Assembly: GCA_965207075.1 (NCBI GenBank)
Contig: CBDBLO010000002.1
Coordinates: forward strand, 1,504,001-1,568,000
Direction: 5' to 3'
Length of the DNA stretch: 64,000 nt
DNA from: Nitrosopumilus sp.
Lineage (GTDB): Archaea > Thermoproteota > Nitrososphaeria > Nitrososphaerales > Nitrosopumilaceae
This document shows positions 1-10,045 of this stretch, one piece after another. Under the pieces are notes generated by a model that ran no database searches, was not told the origin of the DNA, and worked only from the letters and a program-made list of their open reading frames with translations. How positions within the stretch are numbered: position 1 is the stretch's first letter; each line of letters opens with the position of its first letter. The translations under genes were made by a program, and so were the position numbers.

Positions 1-622
1 CAGGACATCGGAGATAACGCCGCGCGAACTCGACATGGCCACGGCGGACAAAGTCGGCGGAGGCGGTAGGAGAGGCAGGGGCGCCCGGCTCAGGGAGGCA
101 AAGATAAGCCGCGTTGCCGACATTATAGTCCGGCTTGCCGCCGCATGCAGTGCAGCCAACCGGCGCATAGAGGCCGCATGCGTAGACTCGTTTGACGCCG
201 ACGCGCCAAGGCTGTCGGCGGACATTGCGTCGGCAGTCTCGTCCAGAATTAAATTTGCAGCGCCGGGGCCTCGCGCGTGCGAGACACCGCGGATCGTATG
301 CCGGACGGGGGCAGACGGCGCCATACTGCCGGTCGCGGCCGCGTCAATAGTGGCAGTCGCCACATACAGGCAAAAGATGCGCGAGATACACAGGGCAATG
401 GCGTCTCGCGGGTATGCGGTGGGGGACGCGGAATCCTTTGACTCGGAGAAGGGCGGAATGTACCGCTACATATATGACTACTACCAAAGCCACAGTACGC
501 TTCCGGGGTTTGTTCGCGCAAACTGCAGGCCCATGAGGCGCCTCGTCAGCATGTGCTCAGAGACGGGCAGAACCCAGGCGGCCGGCGCGGGGGATCGCGC
601 CGCCAAATCAATCCTTAAGTAA
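1..622 (+). CDS. Divergent RNase HII-like protein (5' end outside window)
   Basis: Frame open from window start (RTSEITPRELDM...). Motifs 'ITPRELD', 'CVDSFD', 'ADG...VAAASIVA' and 'YY....LPGFVR' follow archaeal RNase HII order, but the AK..RD and GSGY motifs are degenerate. Confidence 0.55.
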   Translation, partial: RTSEITPRELDMATADKVGGGGRRGRGARLREAKISRVADIIVRLAAACSAANRRIEAACVDSFDADAPRLSADIASAVSSRIKFAAPGPRACETPRIVCRTGADGAILPVAAASIVAVATYRQKMREIHRAMASRGYAVGDAESFDSEKGGMYRYIYDYYQSHSTLPGFVRANCRPMRRLVSMCSETGRTQAAGAGDRAAKSILK

Positions 623-642
623 TACAGGATCACACGTCATCT

Positions 643-1041
643 ATGAATTTTGAAAACCTGCTGCGGAGGATCATGGATTCCGACGTCAACATCAGGCACA
701 GCATAGTCACCGACATTGATGGGAACATACTTGCCGTAAACCACCGCGAGGGGGTGGCCAACTACCTATCAGAGGAGGAGACCGAGGCGTCGCTAAAAAG
801 GGCCGCGAGTGCATGGAAGGGCCGCAAGGCACTGAGCCCCAAGATCGGCCCGGGCACGTACGCAATGGCGGCATTCCAAAAGATCACGAGGATAACGTTC
901 CCGCTCGGCGACGACAACCTGATCTTTGTAAGCATGGGATCAGACAACGTGCGCTACGACATGCACGAGGGCGGCCAAAAGCAGATAGTCTCAAAGGTGC
1001 TCGGCATACTCAGCAAGGATCCCACAAGGGCGCTCGGCTGA
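643..1041 (+). CDS. Thaumarchaeal roadblock/LC7-like protein (DUF6659-like)
   Basis: 132 aa with 'IRHSIVTDIDGNIL..REG...LSEEE' and 'KIG....A.F.KITRITFPL' patterns. TATA-like CTTAAG about 25 nt upstream. Confidence 0.7.
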   Translation: MNFENLLRRIMDSDVNIRHSIVTDIDGNILAVNHREGVANYLSEEETEASLKRAASAWKGRKALSPKIGPGTYAMAAFQKITRITFPLGDDNLIFVSMGSDNVRYDMHEGGQKQIVSKVLGILSKDPTRALG

Positions 1042-1180
1042 CGGCACAGGAATCAGCTCATGCGGCCGGCAGGTCGTGGCAACTGATGCAAGATAGGCGG
1101 CAGGGGCACTACGCGTGCAGGCATGCAAGTCAGAAAAAAAGAAGGCGTGTCGGCGGCGCACGTTGTCCGCGCCTGACGCG

Positions 1181-1357
1181 TCACTGTTTTGGATAGTGCA
1201 GGTCGCACAGCATGATGTCGCCGCCGTCGGTGCGCAGGGCCCTGATTCCGCGGCCGTCATCGACGCCCCTGCCGCAGGCGTTGCACGCAACGGGACGGGC
1301 CGTGGTGCAGACCAGTCGCGGCCTGGGCATGTAGAGATCCTGTAGTATAGTGCTCAT
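1181..1357 (-). CDS. Small putative Zn-binding protein
   Basis: MSTILQDLYMP...CNACG...CDLH (CxxC/CxxH). TATA-like TTTTATA upstream at about 1381-1387. Confidence 0.6.
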   Translation of the reverse strand: MSTILQDLYMPRPRLVCTTARPVACNACGRGVDDGRGIRALRTDGGDIMLCDLHYPKQ

Positions 1358-1696
1358 GACATGGGTGGGGGGCACGCGAATATAAAAGTACCGTACTTTA
1401 TAGTTCTTTTACGGTTGTATACTTATGGCCGGGTACTGGGACCGCATCGTGGTGGAGGCGGGGGCGCCGTGTTCTTGGCCCTGCCGCGGTTACGCACGCA
1501 GCCGCGTGCAAAAACGGCCCGGTCCTGCACCTGCAGCGGGAACGACCGCGCCATATGGGGCGGAGGGCGGGCCCACCCATGCCCAATTCCTGATGGTTTC
1601 GGCAAGTCTGCAGGCTCGCTGATCATGCAGCGTAAACAGTGCCAAACACGACTGTCACGGCAGGGGCACGAGTCTGCACACCGGGAAGCCTAATCG

Positions 1697-1708
1697 GTTT
1701 AAATAAAA
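1697..1708 (+). promoter_or_regulatory. Archaeal TATA box of trp operon
   Basis: TTTAAATA about 27-34 nt upstream of GTG 1732 in GC-rich context. Confidence 0.55.
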
Positions 1709-1731
1709 CCCCCCGGCCGTCACATACATGG

Positions 1732-3300
1732 GTGGACGCATTTGGAAGGACGCGGATCGTGCCGCTAGACATTCCTAACAGAAACCAGTTCCAGATCTAC
1801 AGCAGCATATCACGCAGGTACGAGCATTCCTTTCTATTCGAGTCGCTTGCGGGCCCAGACGCGCTTGCCGAGACGTCCATCATGGGCTTCGGCCCGACGC
1901 TGATCCTGAGGGCGTACAGAGACCGCGTCGAGGTCGTGCCCGGCGAAGCGGTCCAAGATGCAGCGTCCGCGGAGCGCGTGCGGGCCATATGCAGGGCCGC
2001 GGCGCGCAGGGGCGGCGATAACGGCGACATCGCCGCCGGAGGCACCGGAAAGGGCGACGATGTGGCCGTGCAGGCGCGCGGCGCGCCGGAAAACATGGAG
2101 ATAAGGACGGACGACCCGTTTGACGCGATCAGGAGCGTGCTTGCGGCGGCGGCCGGGACGGACCCGGATGCAAAGGGCGCGGGCGCAACAGAGCCCGACT
2201 ACAGGTACGCCGGGGGGGCTGTCGGCATGGTAAACTATGACGCGGTTCGCGCAATCGAGGATGTGCCCGACTCCAACGGCTCCGACCCGCTGATCATGGA
2301 ATTCGGGGTCTACGACGACGGCATACTGTACGACAACAAGCTCGACAGGCCGTTCTACTTTTATCGCGGCCAGAGCAGGTATGACAGCATGATAAAGGCC
2401 GCGGCGGACGGCGATTGCGGCGGCGGCAATGACGGAAGGGGCAGTGGGCGCGCACGCGGCGGATTTCGCGCGGCAAACATCAGGCCCAACATCGACGCGA
2501 CAGGGTTTGCAGGGATGGTCAACAGGGCCAAAAAGTACATCCACGACGGGGACATATTCCAGGCCGTGCTCTCCAGGCGCTTTGAGTTTGATATAGACGG
2601 CGACACGCTGGCCCTGTACGGGACGCTGCGGGGGCTCAACCCGTCCCCGTACATGTACTACGTGAGGCACGGCGAACGCGTCACCATAGGCGCATCGCCG
2701 GAGATGCTAGTGAGGGTCACGGGCCCAGAGGTCGAGACCTTTCCCATAGCGGGCACCAGGGGCATCACGGGGGACGACGCAGAGGACGACAGGCTCGCCG
2801 CCGAGATGCTCGCGGACCAAAAGGAGCTGGCGGAGCACACGATGCTCGTGGATCTTGGGCGCAACGACATAGGCAGGGTCTGCAGGTTCGGCACGGTCCA
2901 CCCCGTGTCGCTCATGATGATAAAGCGGTTCAGCCACGTGCAGCACATGGTGACCCACCTGGCCGGCACGATATCTGACGAGGCCGACATGTTTGACGCG
3001 TTCAGGGCCGTCTTTCCGGCGGGCACCGTCTCCGGGGCCCCCAAGATAAGGGCCATGGAGATAATAGACGAGCTGGAGCCGGCGCCGCGGGGGCCGTATG
3101 CCGGGGCCGTCGGATACTTTTCATACAACGGGTGCTGCGACTTTGCGATCGCCATACGCAGCATATTCATAAACGGGCAGAAGGGGTTCGTCCAGGCGGG
3201 GGCCGGCATAGTGTACGACTCCACGCCGGACAACGAGTTCAAAGAGACAGAGTACAAGGCGGGTGCGATGATCCAGGCGCTCAGGGAGGCATCGTCATGA
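1732..3300 (+). CDS. trpE: Anthranilate synthase component I
   Basis: FLFES, GDIFQAVLS, NPSPYMY, ASPEML, PIAGTR, ELAEHTMLVDLGRND, FPAGTVSGAPK and QAGAGIV motifs. GTG 1732 chosen from TATA spacing. Confidence 0.95.
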   Translation: MDAFGRTRIVPLDIPNRNQFQIYSSISRRYEHSFLFESLAGPDALAETSIMGFGPTLILRAYRDRVEVVPGEAVQDAASAERVRAICRAAARRGGDNGDIAAGGTGKGDDVAVQARGAPENMEIRTDDPFDAIRSVLAAAAGTDPDAKGAGATEPDYRYAGGAVGMVNYDAVRAIEDVPDSNGSDPLIMEFGVYDDGILYDNKLDRPFYFYRGQSRYDSMIKAAADGDCGGGNDGRGSGRARGGFRAANIRPNIDATGFAGMVNRAKKYIHDGDIFQAVLSRRFEFDIDGDTLALYGTLRGLNPSPYMYYVRHGERVTIGASPEMLVRVTGPEVETFPIAGTRGITGDDAEDDRLAAEMLADQKELAEHTMLVDLGRNDIGRVCRFGTVHPVSLMMIKRFSHVQHMVTHLAGTISDEADMFDAFRAVFPAGTVSGAPKIRAMEIIDELEPAPRGPYAGAVGYFSYNGCCDFAIAIRSIFINGQKGFVQAGAGIVYDSTPDNEFKETEYKAGAMIQALREASS

Positions 3301-3908
3301 CAAGGCTGCTTGTGATAGACAACTATGACTCGTTCGTGTACAACATTGCCCAGTACATGGGGGAGCTGGGCGCCGAGTGCACGGTGGTACGGAACGACAA
3401 GACCTCGGTATCGGACATTGCCAGGGGCGCATACGACGCAATCGTCATATCGCCAGGCCCCGGCACCCCGGAGGACGCCAGGTACTTTGGGATCTGCACC
3501 GACGTGATAAGGGAGCTGGGCCCCACGACGCCGATACTTGGCGTGTGCCTGGGGCACCAGGGGATAATACACGCGTTTGGAGGCGCCGTGGTCAACGCAG
3601 GGTGCGCGCGGCACGGAAAGACAAGCCCCGTGGGCCACTCTGGGTCGGGGGTCTTTGCAGGGGTGCCGACCCCGTTCAGGGCCACCAGGTACCACAGCCT
3701 CGTGGGGGACCGCACCGTGGTTCCGGACGCGCTCGAGGTGACCGCCCGCGCGGAGGACGACGGCGAGATCATGGGCGTGAGGCACAAGAGGTACCCCATA
3801 GTGGGCGTCCAGTTCCACCCCGAGTCGATAATGACAGAGCACGGCAAGGCCATACTTGCAAACTTTCTGGGCATGGCCAGGGGGGCCGGGGGGGAGGAAA
3901 AGGCATGA
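3297..3908 (+). CDS. trpG: Anthranilate synthase component II (glutamine amidotransferase)
   Basis: IDNYDSF, SPGPG, GVCLGHQ, RYHSL and QFHPES motifs. ATGA overlap with trpE. Confidence 0.95.
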   Translation: MTRLLVIDNYDSFVYNIAQYMGELGAECTVVRNDKTSVSDIARGAYDAIVISPGPGTPEDARYFGICTDVIRELGPTTPILGVCLGHQGIIHAFGGAVVNAGCARHGKTSPVGHSGSGVFAGVPTPFRATRYHSLVGDRTVVPDALEVTARAEDDGEIMGVRHKRYPIVGVQFHPESIMTEHGKAILANFLGMARGAGGEEKA

Positions 3909-5005
3909 GCATAGAGGAGATAGTCGACGCGGTGTGCGCCGGAAGGGACCTCGACTGCGCGCAGGCCGAGCGCGTGGCCGGGGCCATGCTGGACGGCGAG
4001 ACGAGCCACGAGCAGAACGCGAGGTTCCTGGGGTGCATGTCGGCAAAGGGCGAGACTGACGCGGAGCTTGCGTCGATGCTCGGGGTGATGATGCAGAGGG
4101 CGGTCCGGCTGCACCCAAACGTCAGGGGCCCGATAATCGACGTGTGCGGCACCGGCGGCGACATGCAGCGGACGTTCAACGTGTCGACCGCGGCCTCGTT
4201 TGTGGCCGCGGCCGCGTCGTCGTGCGGCCCGGCGCGCGACAGGTTCGCGGTCGCAAAGCACGGCAACCGGTCCTCGTCGGGGGCCTCCGGCAGCGCCGAC
4301 GTGTTCGAGGCGCTCGGGTACGACAACTCGGCGGAGCCGTCCAGGGTGCAGGAGATACTGGAGAGGTGCGGGATATGCTTTGTGTTTGCGCAGAGGTTCC
4401 ATCCCGCGATGAGGCACGTGGCGTCCGCCCGGCGCGCTCTCGGAAGGAGGACCGTATTCAACTTGCTGGGGCCGCTTGCAAACCCGGCGGGGACATCCAG
4501 GCAGCTCGTGGGCGTCTCCACCGAGGACCTGCTGGACAGGATACCAATAATACTGGCGGGGCGCGGGGCCGAGGTGACGATGACCGTAATGTCAGCAGAG
4601 GGCATGGACGAGCTGTCGACCAGCTCGTCAAACGCCGTGCGGGTGTCGCGCGGTACTGGCGGCAGCGGCGGCGGCAACAGTAGCAGGAGATTCACAGTCA
4701 GGCCCGAGGAGGTGGGGCTGCACAGATCCGACATCTCCGAGATCAGGGTTGCGGACGCTCCGGAGTCGGCAAGGGCAGTGGTGGGCGCCGTAGACGGGAC
4801 GGCCGGCAGGGCGGTAATAGAGACCGCGGCGTTCAACGCGGCGGGGGCCCTCGTGGTCGCGGGGGCGGCCGACAGCCTAAAGGACGCGGTACCGGTGTGC
4901 ATGGACGCGGTCATGAGCGGCAGGGCGTCGGCAGGACTCGACTCGTTTGTGAGGCACGCCGGAAGCATGGAGATGTTGGAGGGGATAAGGAACAGTGGCG
5001 CATGA
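3905..5005 (+). CDS. trpD: Anthranilate phosphoribosyltransferase
   Basis: DVCGTGGD, FNVST, KHGNRS.S..SGSADV, FHPAM and FNLLGPLANP motifs. ATG 3905 overlaps the trpG stop. Confidence 0.95.
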   Translation: MSIEEIVDAVCAGRDLDCAQAERVAGAMLDGETSHEQNARFLGCMSAKGETDAELASMLGVMMQRAVRLHPNVRGPIIDVCGTGGDMQRTFNVSTAASFVAAAASSCGPARDRFAVAKHGNRSSSGASGSADVFEALGYDNSAEPSRVQEILERCGICFVFAQRFHPAMRHVASARRALGRRTVFNLLGPLANPAGTSRQLVGVSTEDLLDRIPIILAGRGAEVTMTVMSAEGMDELSTSSSNAVRVSRGTGGSGGGNSSRRFTVRPEEVGLHRSDISEIRVADAPESARAVVGAVDGTAGRAVIETAAFNAAGALVVAGAADSLKDAVPVCMDAVMSGRASAGLDSFVRHAGSMEMLEGIRNSGA

Positions 5006-5822
5006 CATACTGCGCAGGCTCGTCGCAAACTCCATGGCCGCGCTCGACGACGGCGTATACGACGCGGACGCGCACAGTGGCGCGGCAGACAGCCTTTCCA
5101 GGTCCGGCTACAGCCTGGCAGAGTGCATCAGGACGGCCCCCCACGCGGCCGTGATATCGGAGATCAAGTTCTCCTCCCCGTCCGAGGGCAGGCTCAGGAC
5201 CGTATCGGATCCCGCCACGATTGCGGCCGCCATGGTCAGGGGCGGAGCCGTCGGGCTGTCCGTGCTGACCCAGCCCCACCTCTTTGGCGGCTCCCCGGAA
5301 TACTTTGCAAAGGTCAGGCAGGCAGTGGACGTGCCGATGCTGATGAAGGATATCATAGTGGACAGGAGGCAGATCGACGCCGCAGTGCGGATAGGCGCCG
5401 ACTACATACTGCTGATACAGTCCGTGTTTGGCTCCGGCGCGTGCACGGGGCAGACGGCAGGCGGGCTCGCAGAGTACGCCCACAGGCAGGGACTCGGGGT
5501 CCTGCTGGAGGTGCACACCGTACAGGAGTACGAGGAGGCCGCGGCCTCCAAGGCGGAGATCATCGGGATCAACAACCGCAACCTGGACACGCTTGCAATC
5601 AGCACCGACGTGACCCGCGACATACTGCAGTCTGCGCGCCGGGGGGCCGGGGACGGTGACGACGGTGACGGGCGCGTCACGATATCAGAGAGCGGGATTG
5701 CATCGGCCGACGACATCAGGAGGGTGCGCGAATATGGGGCCGACGGGTTCCTGGTAGGATCAAGCATAATGAAGAGTCACAATATAGAGGAGGCCGTAAG
5801 GGGGATGGTGGGCGCGTATTGA
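4995..5822 (+). CDS. trpC: Indole-3-glycerol phosphate synthase
   Basis: [37 protein letters not shown] and GFLVGSSIM motifs. Confidence 0.95.
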   Translation: MAHDILRRLVANSMAALDDGVYDADAHSGAADSLSRSGYSLAECIRTAPHAAVISEIKFSSPSEGRLRTVSDPATIAAAMVRGGAVGLSVLTQPHLFGGSPEYFAKVRQAVDVPMLMKDIIVDRRQIDAAVRIGADYILLIQSVFGSGACTGQTAGGLAEYAHRQGLGVLLEVHTVQEYEEAAASKAEIIGINNRNLDTLAISTDVTRDILQSARRGAGDGDDGDGRVTISESGIASADDIRRVREYGADGFLVGSSIMKSHNIEEAVRGMVGAY

Positions 5823-7033
5823 GCAGCAGCAACAGCAGGAGGAGGAAGTATCCAAAAAACGGCAGGTTCGGGGAGTTCGGCGGCAGGTACATACCAGAGA
5901 CGCTGGTGCCCCCCGTCGAGGAGCTCGAGGAGAGATACCTCAGGTTCAGGGACGACCCCTCGTTCAAGGCGGAGCTTGGCGCATACCTGAAAAACTACGC
6001 CGGGCGCCCGACCCCGCTGTACCACGCAAAGAACCTCTCAGACGAGCTTGGGGGGGCCCGGATATACCTCAAGCGGGAGGACCTGCTGCACGGCGGGGCC
6101 CACAAGATAAACAACACGCTCGGGCAGGCGCTCCTTGCAAAGCGCATGGGAAAGCGGCGCGTCATAGCCGAGACTGGGGCCGGACAGCACGGGGTGGCCA
6201 CCGCGATGGCGTGCGCCGCGCTCGGCATGAGGTCGGAGGTATACATGGGGTCAGTAGACATGGCAAGGCAGAGGCCCAACGTCCTGCGCATGGAGATGCT
6301 GGGCGCCGCCATGCGGCCCGTCGACTCGGGCTCGCGCACCCTGAAGGACGCGATCAACGAGGCCATACGCGACTGGATTGCAAACGTGGGCGACACGTAC
6401 TACCTGCTCGGCTCGGCCGTCGGCCCCCACCCCTACCCCGTGATGGTCAGGGACTTTCAGAGGGTCATAGGCGACGAGATAAGGAGGCAGGTCGCAAGAC
6501 AGGCCGGGGGCGGCGGCTCCGCAGACGTGGTGATTGCCTGCGTGGGCGGCGGCTCCAACGCGATAGGGACGTTCTACCCCCTTGCAGGCACGGGCACGAA
6601 GCTGGTAGGAATCGAGGCCGCCGGCCGCGGGCTCGGCACCGGGATGCACGCGGCCACGCTCTCGGCAGGCAGGCGCGGGGTGCTGCACGGCATGATGACC
6701 TACCTGCTGCAGGATGCGGAAGGGCAGATAACTGAGACGCACAGCGTCTCGGCGGGGCTTGACTATCCCGGGGTGGGCCCCGAGCACGCGCACTACAAGG
6801 AGACGGGCGCCGTGTCGTACCGCTCGGCGACCGACGCGGAGGCAGTCGACGCGTTCATGAGGCTGACCAAGACGGAGGGGATAATACCGGCCCTCGAATC
6901 GTCGCACGCGATAGCAGAGGCAGTCAAGATCGCACCGCAGATGAAGAGATCAGAGCGCATCGTGGTCACACTCTCCGGCAGGGGAGACAAGGACGTGGAG
7001 GAGGTTCAGAGGTACCTTGCAGGCGGCAGGTAA
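5819..7033 (+). CDS. trpB: Tryptophan synthase beta chain (TrpB1)
   Basis: [21 protein letters not shown] (PLP Lys), [25 protein letters not shown] and SGRGDKD motifs. Confidence 0.97.
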   Translation: MSSSNSRRRKYPKNGRFGEFGGRYIPETLVPPVEELEERYLRFRDDPSFKAELGAYLKNYAGRPTPLYHAKNLSDELGGARIYLKREDLLHGGAHKINNTLGQALLAKRMGKRRVIAETGAGQHGVATAMACAALGMRSEVYMGSVDMARQRPNVLRMEMLGAAMRPVDSGSRTLKDAINEAIRDWIANVGDTYYLLGSAVGPHPYPVMVRDFQRVIGDEIRRQVARQAGGGGSADVVIACVGGGSNAIGTFYPLAGTGTKLVGIEAAGRGLGTGMHAATLSAGRRGVLHGMMTYLLQDAEGQITETHSVSAGLDYPGVGPEHAHYKETGAVSYRSATDAEAVDAFMRLTKTEGIIPALESSHAIAEAVKIAPQMKRSERIVVTLSGRGDKDVEEVQRYLAGGR

Positions 7034-7946
7034 AGAGAGAGAGGGGGGCCGGAGGGCCGGGGACGGCGGCAGCGGCAGCAGCAGCAGCAGCAGAATAGCG
7101 TCCAGGTTTGCAGAACTGCGCGCCAGAAACGAGAGGGGCCTCGTCACGTACGCAATGGCCGGGTTCCCGTCGGAGAGGGCCTCAGTGGCCGCGGTCTCCG
7201 GCATGATAAAAGGAGGGGCCGACGTCATAGAGCTGGGATTTCCGTTCTCCGACCCGCTTGCAGACGGGCCCGCGATACAGGAGGCAAGCTCGGGGGCGCT
7301 CGGCAGGGGCGCCACCTTTGAGGGTTTCCTCATGACCGCATCGAGGATAAGGCGCGCCAACCGGGACGTGCCGCTCGTGCTCATGACGTACACCAACATA
7401 CTGTACAACCTCGGATACGGCAGGGCGGCATCCATGATATCAGACGCGGGCATAGACGGGATCATACTGCCGGACATGTCGGCCGACGAGTCGGCGCCGT
7501 ACGTGGCGGCCGCCCGCAGGTACGGGCTGGACACGATATTCCTGGCGTCCCCGAACACCCAGGCAGGCAGGCTGCGGCGAATCGCGAGCCTCTCGACGGG
7601 CTTTCTGTACATGGTGGCAGTATACGGGACCACGGGCGTCAGAGACAGGCGCATCGGGGGGCGGACGGGCAAGGCGGGCGGCGGCCCGGTGGCAGGATAC
7701 GCACTTGACGCCATCCGCAGGGCCAAGCGCACGGCGGGGCGCCCCGGGACGCGGCTGCCAATAGGGGTCGGATTCGGAATCTCCTCGCCTGCAGACGTCA
7801 GGCAGTACGTCGGGGCGGGGGCAGACGCGGTCATAGTGGGGAGCGCATACACGAAGATAATCAAGGAGTCGGCGCCAAGGGACGTCGAGAAGAACGTGTC
7901 CGCGCTTACAAGGAGGCTCAAGGCCGCAACGCGCGGCGCGTCCTGA
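7017..7946 (+). CDS. trpA: Tryptophan synthase alpha chain
   Basis: [23 protein letters not shown] and GFGIS..GAD.VIVGSA motifs. Start uncertain because of a Gly/Ser-rich N-terminus. Confidence 0.95.
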   Translation: MQAAGKEREGGRRAGDGGSGSSSSSRIASRFAELRARNERGLVTYAMAGFPSERASVAAVSGMIKGGADVIELGFPFSDPLADGPAIQEASSGALGRGATFEGFLMTASRIRRANRDVPLVLMTYTNILYNLGYGRAASMISDAGIDGIILPDMSADESAPYVAAARRYGLDTIFLASPNTQAGRLRRIASLSTGFLYMVAVYGTTGVRDRRIGGRTGKAGGGPVAGYALDAIRRAKRTAGRPGTRLPIGVGFGISSPADVRQYVGAGADAVIVGSAYTKIIKESAPRDVEKNVSALTRRLKAATRGAS

Positions 7947-8226
7947 GTACACGGCCAAGATCGCTTACCGCCATGTAGCAGACGGCGGCGCCCACTCCTG
8001 CAGAAAGACATGCAAGCAGACTAGTACGAGCACAACAGGCGCTGCGAGGCCAAGGAAAACTAACATAACGAGCGAGAGCCCCGCACAGCAGGTAGGGCCC
8101 GCAAGCTGCCGGGCCTAAAGGACTTTGATACGGCATCTGGATCGGGCCCATAATGACGGCAGAAGGCGATTGGAATGCTTACAATATCTCTCCCGTTTTT
8201 CATTATTTATGATATGAACAAATGCA

Positions 8227-8696
8227 TTATACGGATCTGTCAAGAGTGTGTGTGATGAGAACGACTGTCAAATCTGTGCGCCAGGATGCGAGCTGGAGAG
8301 TTGACGGATCTGATCTTCTGGAAAAATTCGGAAGCCAACTGAGTTTTGTTAAAAAAGCCAGCGGGAGCGGCCAGATATCCTTTGGTTTGAAGGCCGCGTG
8401 CCACACGAACACGCGCCTTACACACAGGCCAATCCTTACCTCAAGGTCCTTGACTCCCGTCTCAAGATCGACGTGTTCGCTTTTGATACCCCTTGCATTA
8501 CGTAGCATGCCAAGTACTTCGTCATACGTAACGGACTTGCGTGTTCTGCCATGCCGCCTCGATTGCGCGTAATAAAAACTGGCAAGCCGTAGCTTACGGC
8601 GGTAACATCCCACTGGTGCTTTCTAGAGAAGATCAGATCCGGCCAACCTCCCAGCTCGTATCCCGGCACACGGATTTGACAATCTTCCTTTAACAC
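8227..8696 (-). pseudogene. Possible fragmented gene remnant in AT-rich island DNA
   Basis: Three overlapping short minus-strand frames (8436-8696, 8227-8613, 8240-8425) in low-GC sequence. No confident family. Confidence 0.25.
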
Positions 8697-8714
8697 TAAA
8701 TTTAAATATAATGG

Positions 8715-9950
8715 ATGTCTGCATTGTCATTAATGAAGAATAATGTTAATAAGAAAAAAAGCATCAACAAAGACGACAATCCAGTATTCAGGTTTCATGT
8801 CAGCCCCAAGGTGGATATCGCGCTCCGCAACAAGGACATGCCGCCATTCATTCCAGACGCTCTGCCGCCTGACATAACCTTCGACAGCAACCTATCCACA
8901 CTGCTTGAGAGTGCATCAAGATTAGTTGGAGAATTGAACGGCATCGGTAGTTCGATGGAAAATCCACGCATCCTGATCGGACGATACGTGAGGCACGAGG
9001 CAGTCGTAAGTTCCAGAATCGAGGGGACACTAGCATCCATAGAAGATTTGAACACGTATGAGATACTTGGAGGTTTCCAGAAGACAGATGCAGATCGCCT
9101 AAGGATAAAGGAGGTGTTCAACTACGAAAAGGCGCTCAAATGGGCCTTGAAACAGATCAGAGGCGGCGGCCAGTCCGTTGATCTGAGTATTATTCTGAAT
9201 GCCCACAAAATTCTAATGGACGGAGTGCGAGGACAGGAGTCCAGTCCCGGAAAAATCCGCGACCAGCAGAATGTCATTATAGAAAGAAGATCATTCAGCG
9301 CCACGGTCACATACGTCCCGCCCCCACCAAAAAAACTGCGAAAACTACTCCGAAACCTAGAAGCATTCTGCAAGAACGGGCACGATAACATTCCAGTCCT
9401 GATACAATGCGCAATGATCCACTACCAGTTCGAGGCCATACACCCCTTTGAGGATGGGAATGGCAGGATAGGAAGGTTGTTGATATTGATGATGTTGTGT
9501 CAGAGAGGATTTCTGAAAGAGCCGCTGCTTTACATGAGCGCCTTCTTCGAACGGCACAAGACAGAGTATTACCGATATCTCATGGAGGTAAGCAGCAAGG
9601 ACAAGTGGAACCAGTGGATATGGTTCTTTTTACAGGCCTTTGTAGAGCAGGCGGGGGAGGCCATAGAGAGCACCAGAAGGCTGTCGGCACTACAGCGACA
9701 ATATCGCCATACCCTGCAGAACATGAATGCGGGGGGCAATGTCATCGCTTTGATGGAGTCTTTGTTTGAAAATCCCTTCGCCACCATACCGTCAGCCCAA
9801 AAGCGGCTTGGCGTGTCATACCCGACTGCTAAGAGAACCGTTTCCACACTAGTAGACGCCGGCATGCTGACTCAGATCAATGCCAGATACAAAAGCAGGA
9901 TCTTCGCGGCCCTTGAGATTCATGATGCGTTACGTGACAGCACATTTTAG
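8715..9950 (+). CDS. Fic family protein (class II; N-terminal DUF4172-like region, C-terminal wHTH)
   Basis: Catalytic HPFEDGNGRIGR, inhibitory SSRIEG and C-terminal 'LGVSYPTA...L.DAGML'. AT-richer than flanks; TTTAAATA upstream. Confidence 0.95.
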   Translation: MSALSLMKNNVNKKKSINKDDNPVFRFHVSPKVDIALRNKDMPPFIPDALPPDITFDSNLSTLLESASRLVGELNGIGSSMENPRILIGRYVRHEAVVSSRIEGTLASIEDLNTYEILGGFQKTDADRLRIKEVFNYEKALKWALKQIRGGGQSVDLSIILNAHKILMDGVRGQESSPGKIRDQQNVIIERRSFSATVTYVPPPPKKLRKLLRNLEAFCKNGHDNIPVLIQCAMIHYQFEAIHPFEDGNGRIGRLLILMMLCQRGFLKEPLLYMSAFFERHKTEYYRYLMEVSSKDKWNQWIWFFLQAFVEQAGEAIESTRRLSALQRQYRHTLQNMNAGGNVIALMESLFENPFATIPSAQKRLGVSYPTAKRTVSTLVDAGMLTQINARYKSRIFAALEIHDALRDSTF

Positions 9951-9953
9951 ACA

Positions 9954-10038
9954 GGCACTGCTTCCAATTCGTGATATAGGCACGACTGACGGGGTGGGAT
10001 CGATAGGATTCGCTGTATCACGAATTGGAAGCAGTGCT
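9954..10038. repeat. 85-bp palindromic mini-element (MITE-like), copy 1
   Basis: Perfect 22-bp inverted arms GCACTGCTTCCAATTCGTGATA (9955-9976) and TATCACGAATTGGAAGCAGTGC (10016-10037) around a 39-nt core. Confidence 0.9.
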
Positions 10039-10045
10039 TAAGATA

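Noticed and set aside
2658-5028. Long antisense ORFs over trp genes (and similar shadows across the window)
   Set aside because: Expected in high-GC coding DNA; no motifs, and the opposite strand carries clear genes.
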